From: an uncultured Chloroflexia bacterium
GTDB lineage: Bacteria > Chloroflexota > Limnocylindria > Limnocylindrales > CSP1-4
Direction: 5' to 3'
Assembly (NCBI GenBank): GCA_963767945.1
Contig: CAVYGH010000013.1
Location: 70,078 to 134,077, forward strand
DNA: 64,000 bases
Shown here: positions 8,687 through 15,677 of the stretch, in pieces
How the letters are laid out: each line of letters begins with the position of its first letter
How positions within the stretch are numbered: position 1 is the first letter of the stretch
Made by a program: the position numbers and the translations under genes
The notes under the pieces: model-generated
The model's input: only the letters and a program-made list of their open reading frames with translations
What the model was told of the DNA's origin: nothing
Databases searched by the model: none

Positions 8687-9334
8687 CTAGATCAGGCCCT
8701 CGCGGATGGCGTACGCCACGGCGTGCGCCCGGTTGCGCAGCTCGAGCCGCGACGTCACGTCGTGGATGATGTTCTTGACGGTCCGCTCCGAGTAGTACAG
8801 CCGCCGGCCGACCTCGGCGGTGTCGCAGCCGTCGGCGAGCAGCCGGAGGACGGCGGCCTCGCGCTCGGTCAGGCCCGAGAACGTCAGCCCGCGCGGCGAC
8901 AGCACCTGGCGCTGGAGCTGGCCGACCTGGCGCAGGAGGCGCCCGAGGAGGTCCGGCGGCAGCGTGCCCTCGCCGGCCGCGGCGGATCGGATCGCGGCCG
9001 CCAGGTTGCCGGCCGTGGCCTCGCTGCGGCGGATGACGCCCGTGACGCCCGCCTCGGCCGCCGCGAGGAGCGACCGGTCGTCCACGCGTGAGACCAGGAG
9101 GACGATCCGTCGCACGCCGCGCGCGCGAAGCGCGCGCATCTCGGCGATGACCTCGGGCGCGACCTCCTCCGTCACCACCAGCGCGACCGAGTCCTCGGGC
9201 GGCTCGTCGTCGGCGACGACGACGAACCCCTGCGCCCGGCGGAGCTGGCTGGCGATGCCCGCCCTGGACAACGGGTCTGAGGCCCGCACCGCGACCGGGA
9301 TCGGGGCCTTGGTGGGCATCGGTTCGGCGACCAT
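8687..9334 (-). CDS. LuxR/NarL-family transcriptional regulator with an atypical receiver-like N-domain
   Basis: C-terminal HTH LTEREAAVLRLLADGCDTAEVGRRLYYSERTVKNIIHDV. Start preferred at the ATG at 9334 (GGGGAG 7 nt upstream); the ORF track extends to 9349. Confidence 0.8.
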   Translation of the reverse strand: MVAEPMPTKAPIPVAVRASDPLSRAGIASQLRRAQGFVVVADDEPPEDSVALVVTEEVAPEVIAEMRALRARGVRRIVLLVSRVDDRSLLAAAEAGVTGVIRRSEATAGNLAAAIRSAAAGEGTLPPDLLGRLLRQVGQLQRQVLSPRGLTFSGLTEREAAVLRLLADGCDTAEVGRRLYYSERTVKNIIHDVTSRLELRNRAHAVAYAIREGLI

Positions 9335-9373
9335 TCGGGATCTCCCCACTCGCGCTCCCGGCCGCCATCCACC

Positions 9374-9387
9374 CCGCGTCGACGCGG
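9374..9387. promoter_or_regulatory. perfect 14-bp palindrome upstream of the LuxR-type regulator gene
   Basis: CCGCGTCGACGCGG, 40 nt upstream of the ATG at 9334. In the same 223-bp divergent region TAACGGGC is repeated directly at 9411 and 9447. Confidence 0.3.
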
Positions 9388-9557
9388 TCCGGGAACCAGT
9401 CGGGCGACCCTAACGGGCCCGGCTGTCCGGCCAGTCAACGTGGACTTAACGGGCATCGCCGGCTGCCCTCGGCGTCGCCCGGATAGGCCGATCGAACTAC
9501 CCCGATGACCGCTCGGCTGGCTGTGCGGGCGTGGAACCCGCGGCTACACTCACGCCC

Positions 9558-10820
9558 GTGGGAGCATCCGTCACGCTGGTCACGCCTGCCCTGTCGGTCG
9601 AACCGGGGCAGGTGGCCACCGGCGAGGTCCGGGTCCGGAACACGGGCAGCGTCGTCGACGAGTTCACCCTGGACGTCCTCGGTGACGCCGCGGGCTGGGC
9701 CGCCGCCGAGCCGGCCGTCCTCTCGCTCTTCCCCGGCGCCGAGGGCACCGCCAACGTCGTGTTCCGGCCGCCGCGCGTCGCGACCACGCCCGCCGGGACG
9801 GTGCCGTACGGACTCCGGGCCCGCTCGCGCGAGGACCCCGCCGGGTCGGCCGTCGAGGAGGGCTCGGTCGAGGTCGGCGCGTTCCTCGACCCGTTCGCCG
9901 AGCTCGCGCCGCGCACGTCCCGCGGCTCCGGCTCCGGCTCCCACGACCTCGCCATCGACAACCGCGGCAACCTGCGCCTGAACGCCGAGGTCGAGGGCAC
10001 GGACGCGGACCGCCAGCTCAGGTTCGACATCAGGCCGCCGGGCGTGGTCGTGGAGCCGGGCATGGCGGGCTTCGCGAAGATCCGCGTCAGCCCGGTCAAG
10101 CGGTTCTGGCGCGGCCAGCCCAAGACGCGGCCGTTCCAGCTCTTCGTCCGTCCCGAGGGCGGCACGCCCATCACGCTCGACGGCACGCTGCTCCAGGAGT
10201 CGGTCCTCCCGCCCTGGTTCCTCAAGGCGCTGATCGCCCTCGTCGTGCTGCTGATCGCGCTGGTCCTGATCTGGCTGCTGCTGCTCAAGCCGACCATCCA
10301 GACCGCGGCGAGCGAGGCGGTCGAGTCGCCCCTCGCGAGCCTCAAGGCGGACGTCAACGACGCGCTGGGCGCCGCGGGCCTGCCGACGATCGGCCCCGAG
10401 GCGAGCGGCGGCAGCGGCGAGTCCGAGGCACCGTCGGGCGGCGCCCCGTCTGGCGAGGCGCCGAGCGGCGGCGGACCGTCGTCTGCCCCGACGAGCACGC
10501 CGGGCGTCGTGATCCCGGGCCTCGGGAACCCCGTCGACGGGCGCCTCGACAGCACGCACCCGCAGGTCGACGAGGACGGCACCCTGTTCGTGACCGACTT
10601 CGTGTTCTCCAACCCCAACGGGGCCGAGGGCGCGATCGTGGTGTCGCGCAACGACACGCCGCTGCTGCAGCTGCGGCTCGAGAACTTCCGCGACTACGAC
10701 CTGCACTTCGTCACCCCGATCGTCCTCGGCCCGGACGACGCGCTGAACCTCACGCTGAGCTGCACGAGCCCCGGGTCATGCGACCCCGCGGTCTTCTACT
10801 CCGGATACCTGCGGCCCTGA
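9558..10820 (+). CDS. bitopic membrane protein: two N-terminal Ig-like (CARDB/NEW3-like) repeats, one TM helix, a Gly/Ser/Pro linker and a C-terminal domain of about 110 aa
   Basis: Intact ORF. TM segment is ALIALVVLLIALVLIWLLLL. Repeats are LSVEPGQVATGEVRVRNTGSVVDEFTL and HDLAIDNRGNLRLNAEVEG. No N-terminal signal peptide. The start could be 9531 or the GTG at 9558; a TACACT -10-like hexamer lies at 9545-9550. Confidence 0.5.
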   Translation: MGASVTLVTPALSVEPGQVATGEVRVRNTGSVVDEFTLDVLGDAAGWAAAEPAVLSLFPGAEGTANVVFRPPRVATTPAGTVPYGLRARSREDPAGSAVEEGSVEVGAFLDPFAELAPRTSRGSGSGSHDLAIDNRGNLRLNAEVEGTDADRQLRFDIRPPGVVVEPGMAGFAKIRVSPVKRFWRGQPKTRPFQLFVRPEGGTPITLDGTLLQESVLPPWFLKALIALVVLLIALVLIWLLLLKPTIQTAASEAVESPLASLKADVNDALGAAGLPTIGPEASGGSGESEAPSGGAPSGEAPSGGGPSSAPTSTPGVVIPGLGNPVDGRLDSTHPQVDEDGTLFVTDFVFSNPNGAEGAIVVSRNDTPLLQLRLENFRDYDLHFVTPIVLGPDDALNLTLSCTSPGSCDPAVFYSGYLRP

Positions 10821-12925
10821 GCCCCGCGGTTCGCCGGGTCGCCGCAGCCGCGCTGGGCCTGGCGCTGGTCGCCCCTGCGGCGCCCGTGCCGCCGGTCGCC
10901 GCCTCGCAGGGCGCGGCGCCGCTTGCCGCCGGCCCTCGGATCGCCTCGCCGGCGCCGGTCACGCCGCCCGTGGGGCCGTCGGACGCCCCGCTGCCGGCGC
11001 CACCCGGGCGGACGACGCTCGTGTCCCAACGCGCCGGCGGCGGCTTCCCGAACAACGCGTCCGCGGAGCCGTCGATCTCGGCCGACGGGCGGTACGTGGC
11101 GTTCGCCTCCTCGGCCACGAACATCGCGGGCGGCGGCGCGGCGCCCAACCCGGCGGTCTACGTGCTCGACCGCCAGCGGGGCCGGACGATCCGCCTCCCG
11201 CTGCCGCCGGGGTTCGCGGGCGGCGGGCAGGCCCGCGAGCCGTCGATCTCCGCCGACGGCAACGTGGTCGCCTTCACGTTCCAACCGCCGTCGGGGCTCG
11301 CGGTGCCCGGCAGCCTCGTGATCGCGTGGGATCGGGGCACCGGCCGCTCGCAGGTCGCGTCGCGGACGTCGGCGAACGAACCCGCGGCCGGCAGCCGCGA
11401 GCCGTCCGTGTCCGCGACCGGCCGGTTCATCGCGTACACGTCCAACAACGTCAAGATCGTCGCGGGCATCGGAGACAACCTCAACGTCTTCCGGTTCGAC
11501 CGGCGCACTCGCGACACCGACCTGGTCTCGGTGGGCTTCGGGGGCCAGCCGATCGGCGCGACCAGCGGCGCGCCGTCGATCTCGGGCGATGGCGGCGTCG
11601 TCGCCTACGTGTCCGACGGCGGGGACGTGATCACCCACACGAACACGGGCTCAGGGTTGCAGGTCTACGTCAGGCGGATGGCTGCCGGGCGACCTCGCCA
11701 GGTGAGCGTCGCGATCGACGGCGCCCCGAACGGCGCCTCCGGTGCCCCGGCGATCTCGGCCGACGGGCGGGTCGTCGCGTTCGAGTCGGCCGCCCCGAAC
11801 CTCGTCGCGGACGACGGCAACGGCGCGCCCGACGTCTTTCGCCGGGACCTCGCGGCCGGCGCGACGACCCTCGTCTCGGTCACGCCCGGCGGCGACGCCG
11901 CCGGCGGGCAGAGCCGGCTGCCGGCCATCTCGGCGGACGGTCGCATGATCGCGTTCCAGTCCAGCGCCCCCGACCTCCTCGGCCCGGTCGCGTCCGTGCC
12001 CGACGCCCACCTCGCGGCCGTCGCGATCGCGCAGACCGAGGTCTACGAGCGCGACGTCGTGCTGGGCGACACCGTCCTGATCTCGGTCGCCCGCAACGGT
12101 GGCCCGGGTGGCCGCGCGAGCCTGATGGCGACCGTCGGCGGCAACGGCCGCTACGTGGCCTTCGCCTCGACCGCGGACACGCTCGTGCGCAACGACCGCC
12201 TCAAGCACGCCGACGTGTTCCTGCGCGACATGCCGCCGGCGCCGAGGCTCAACCCGGACACGATCGCGTTCGGCACGCTCGCGGTCGACGCCGCCGCGGC
12301 GCCGGCGGCGGCCACGCTCGTCAACGCCGGGTGGGGACCCCTGTCCGTCCGACGCGCCGCGATCACCGGCGCCGCCCGCAACGACTACGACGTCGTCGCC
12401 GACGGCTGCGTCGGGCGGGTGCTCCACCGCCAGGACGCCTGCACGGTGACCGTGCGGTTCGCCCCGTCCCGGGCCGGTGCACGCCCGGCCACCCTCGCCG
12501 TGCCCGACTCGTACGCGGGGTCGCCGCGCACCGCCGGCCTGCGCGGATCCGGGCTGCGGGCACCGCGCGCATTCGACCCTCGGCTGGTGCTCGATCCGGA
12601 GGTCGGCCCGCCGGGCACGGTGGTCGTCGCGACGGGTTCGGGGTTCCCGCCCAACGCGGACGTGCGCCTCGCCTGGTCGATCGGCATCACGCCCAAGCTC
12701 CCGCTCGTCCGGGCGGACGCCGCCGGGCGGTTCCGCGTCCAGGTGCTGGTCTTCCACAACGACCGGATCGGCCCGCGTGACCTGCGCGCCGCGCCCGTCG
12801 CCGCCGGCGCCTTCCCGACCGTGCCCGCGGACATGACCGTCACCAGGCCCTCCGTCGGGCCGCCGGGGTTCCTCATCATCCGACGCGTGATCGACCTTCC
12901 ACTCGTGCTCCTGATACGAGGCTGA
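10778..12925 (+). CDS. exported PD40/TolB-like beta-propeller repeat protein with C-terminal Ig-like domains
   Basis: Signal-peptide-like N-terminus. Contains at least 6 repeats of the type EPSISADGRYVAFAS, PSISADGNVVAF, PAISADGRVVAFES and PAISADGRMIAFQS. Intact, and overlaps the upstream gene by 43 nt. Confidence 0.7.
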   Translation: MRPRGLLLRIPAALSPAVRRVAAAALGLALVAPAAPVPPVAASQGAAPLAAGPRIASPAPVTPPVGPSDAPLPAPPGRTTLVSQRAGGGFPNNASAEPSISADGRYVAFASSATNIAGGGAAPNPAVYVLDRQRGRTIRLPLPPGFAGGGQAREPSISADGNVVAFTFQPPSGLAVPGSLVIAWDRGTGRSQVASRTSANEPAAGSREPSVSATGRFIAYTSNNVKIVAGIGDNLNVFRFDRRTRDTDLVSVGFGGQPIGATSGAPSISGDGGVVAYVSDGGDVITHTNTGSGLQVYVRRMAAGRPRQVSVAIDGAPNGASGAPAISADGRVVAFESAAPNLVADDGNGAPDVFRRDLAAGATTLVSVTPGGDAAGGQSRLPAISADGRMIAFQSSAPDLLGPVASVPDAHLAAVAIAQTEVYERDVVLGDTVLISVARNGGPGGRASLMATVGGNGRYVAFASTADTLVRNDRLKHADVFLRDMPPAPRLNPDTIAFGTLAVDAAAAPAAATLVNAGWGPLSVRRAAITGAARNDYDVVADGCVGRVLHRQDACTVTVRFAPSRAGARPATLAVPDSYAGSPRTAGLRGSGLRAPRAFDPRLVLDPEVGPPGTVVVATGSGFPPNADVRLAWSIGITPKLPLVRADAAGRFRVQVLVFHNDRIGPRDLRAAPVAAGAFPTVPADMTVTRPSVGPPGFLIIRRVIDLPLVLLIRG

Positions 12926-12932
12926 ACCGACG

Positions 12933-14066
12933 ATGACCGACCAACCCGGAACGATCTGCAAGCGCTGCGGCTTCAGCAACATCCCGGGCGACCAGTTCTG
13001 CGGCTCGTGCGGGGCGTTCCTGCCGTGGGAAGGGCAGCCGACCGATGCCCAGGCCGGCGAGCCCGGGTCGCCCGCGGTCCCGGCGCCGGTCGATCCCGCG
13101 GCGCCGGACGACGCCTCGGCGTCGTGGGGCGCGCCGTACGGCGATCCGCTGCCCACGCCGCCGCCGGTCCCGGCGTGGCCGGACGACGATGAGGACGACG
13201 ACGGCGACCTCGTCCGCTGCCCCGCGTGCGGGATCGCCAACCCGTCGAACCGGACCTTCTGCCAGTCGTGCGGCACGACCCTGGCGGCCGCGGCGCGGGT
13301 CGAGGACGCGTCGGACGACGAGATCGCGGCCGCGGTGGCGATGACGCCGACGCCGGTCGCCGAGCCGACGAGCCCGACCACGACGGCCCGTGGTACGCCC
13401 GACGGGAAGCGCGGCGTCCCGTCGTGGGTGATCGGCGTCGGCGTCGTCGGCCTGCTGGTCGGCGTCGCGATCGTCCTGGCCGGCCTCGCCCTGCGCGGCC
13501 CCGCCCCGGACTCGGGTGCCACGGGGTCCGGCGACGTCCCGTCGGGAGCGGCGGCCAGCGGCGCCCCGCAGGCCAGCGGCCCGTCGGGCTCGGCGTCGGC
13601 GCCCGGCACGCCCGTCCCGCTCGTGTTGACCAAGGCGAAGGCCTCGTCGGTCGCGGGCGACCGGCCGAAGTTCCAGCCGGGCATGGCGATCGACGGCGAT
13701 CCCGACACCGCGTGGCAGGAGGGCGCCCAGCAGGAGAAGGACCAGTGGATCGAGGTCGCGTTCGACGCGTCGCGCGCCGACACGCTGGTCGTCCGGAACG
13801 GCTACCAGGCGTCCCAGGCGCAGTTCCGCGGGACCCGGCGGCTCAAGGACGTCCTGGTCACCGTCAACGGCGGCAAGGCGATCCCGGTGAAGCTCAAGGA
13901 CTCGATGAAGCCCCAGGAGATCGACCTCGGCGGCGTCTCCGGGGCGACCAAGGTCAGGATCACGATCGTCTCGACCTGGCCGGGCGAGGCGACATCCGTC
14001 GACGGCACGCCGTTCGACGACGCGGCGGTGAGCGAGCTCACCGTGCTCGGCGTGCCCGGGGGCTGA
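12933..14066 (+). CDS. double zinc-ribbon, TM, discoidin (F5/8 type C-like) domain protein
   Basis: Zinc ribbons CKRCGF..CGSCG and CPACGI..CQSCG. TM segment is WVIGVGVVGLLVGVAIVLAGL. The C-terminal domain has AIDGDPDTAWQEG...VRITIVSTWPG. Confidence 0.65.
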   Translation: MTDQPGTICKRCGFSNIPGDQFCGSCGAFLPWEGQPTDAQAGEPGSPAVPAPVDPAAPDDASASWGAPYGDPLPTPPPVPAWPDDDEDDDGDLVRCPACGIANPSNRTFCQSCGTTLAAAARVEDASDDEIAAAVAMTPTPVAEPTSPTTTARGTPDGKRGVPSWVIGVGVVGLLVGVAIVLAGLALRGPAPDSGATGSGDVPSGAAASGAPQASGPSGSASAPGTPVPLVLTKAKASSVAGDRPKFQPGMAIDGDPDTAWQEGAQQEKDQWIEVAFDASRADTLVVRNGYQASQAQFRGTRRLKDVLVTVNGGKAIPVKLKDSMKPQEIDLGGVSGATKVRITIVSTWPGEATSVDGTPFDDAAVSELTVLGVPGG

Positions 14067-14087
14067 CAGCGTGCGCGGCGCTGCCGT

Positions 14088-15673
14088 ATGGTCCGCTCGG
14101 ACGCGACGGGCGTCCGGCGGTCCACGTGGGGGGACCAGGTGAGCGGATTCGGAGCGGGCGTCGGCAAGGCCGTCGGAGGCCTTGGCGGGCCGCAGGTCGC
14201 CGCGATCGCGATCGCGGGCGGGCTCGTCGTCGGGGCGATCGGCGGCGGGCTCATCGCCGGCGGCGGGTCGGGCCAGGGGGCGACCTCGGCGGCGACGCTG
14301 GCGATCTACCCCTGTCCCGAGGCGGGACCCGCGCTGGCCACGGTCCCGTCCGGGCAGCAGTTCCTGGTGACGGGCAAGAACGCCGACGCGACCTGGGTCC
14401 GGATCTACTACCCGCTGCCGGGTCGAACCGAGGCGTGGGTGACGTCGGGCCCCCTCCAGTTCGACGGGTCGCTGGGCGCCCTGCCGGTCGTGCCCTGCTC
14501 GCCGGTCGAGGCCGGCCCGGGCGCCTCGGTCGAGCCGGGCGCGTCGCTGACGGCGATCCAGGACAACAGCCCGTCGCCGCCGCCGTCAGCACCGCCCACG
14601 ACCGGGCCGACCACCTCCCCGGACGGCGGGCCCACGCTCGCGCGGCTCGAGTTCGGGACGACGATCGCGGGCGGCCCGCAGCGCTACTGCCAGCGCGTGC
14701 CGCGCTCGATCACGATCAGCGTCCGCGCGACGGATCGAACGGGCGTCGCCTCGGTGGAGCTGTCGTACCGCAAGCCCGGGGCGGCGAACTTCGCCACCAA
14801 GGCCATGTCGAGGGTCGGCGGGAGCGACACCTGGCGGGCGACGCTCGCCACGGATCCGGACGGCATCACGGGCCCGGCAGCCTCCGCTTCTTCGTCAGCG
14901 GCGACGGACGAGGACCCGAAGCCCAGGACGTCGCGCCTCCGCCGCGCGCTCGATCGGCGTCGTCGACTGCGCCAACGAGGGCCCGGTCCTCGCGTCGCTG
15001 CGGGCGGCCCCGGCCAGCGTGGTCACGAACCCGGGACGCCTGCCAGGAGAGCCCGAAGACCACGGCGATCACCGTGAACGCCACGGACGTCGACGACGTG
15101 GCCGGCGTCACCCTCCACTACCGGCTGCCGGGCGACGGATCGTTCCGCGACGCGAAGATGACGAAGAACGGGGACCGCTGGCGGGCGACGGTGACGCCGG
15201 TCGACCAGCGGCCCAACGCCGACGGCAAGGCCTCGTACTACGTCGTCGGCGAGGACGACCTCGGGAAGTCGAGGCGGTCGCCGACCCGGACGTTCACGGT
15301 CAACCGCTGCAACTTCCCGGCCACGCTTCGGTGTCGTCAACTGGGACACGAACCAGGTCTGCGCCTCGGCGACGACGGTCTTCGCGAGCATCGGGCGGGC
15401 CAACGACGCGGACGGCCTCGACGGCCCAGAGCGCCAAGGTCGTCTACACGCTTCACGCCGAAGGGCGGCGGCCGGAGGACGGCGAGCCGGTCGCTGGCGC
15501 AGACCCAGGTGATCGGCGACAACCACTACTACTCGGGGCAGGTCGGGCTCAAGGGCCTCGAGCCCGGGAGCACCATCTCGGCGTACGTCCAGCTGACCGA
15601 CAAGTACGGCAAGACCACGAAGGACCGATCGCCGAACGACACGTTCTCGGTCCAGGTCGCGGCGGGGTGCTGA
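14088..15673 (+). pseudogene. membrane-anchored SH3b-like plus three tandem Ig-like-module protein; at least 7 frame changes between 14875 and 15490 as assembled
   Basis: The first 263 codons are intact, with a Gly-rich TM and SH3b-like ATLAIYPCPEAGPALATVPSGQQFLVTGKNADATWVRIYY. The remainder is readable only by switching frames at ~14875(-1), 14900, 14940, 15034, 15326, 15426 and 15490. The modules repeat the pattern ITISVRATD..VELSYRKPG..W, AITVNATD..VTLHYRLPG..W and VVYTLHA... Confidence 0.5.
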
Positions 15674-15677
15674 GGCG

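Noticed and set aside
13226-15673. 815-aa ORF spanning the discoidin and Ig-module genes
   Set aside because: Most of it is an alternative frame of 12933..14066 and 14088..14875, giving an Arg/Gly/Pro-rich translation with low GC3. Only short 3' stretches coincide with real coding segments.
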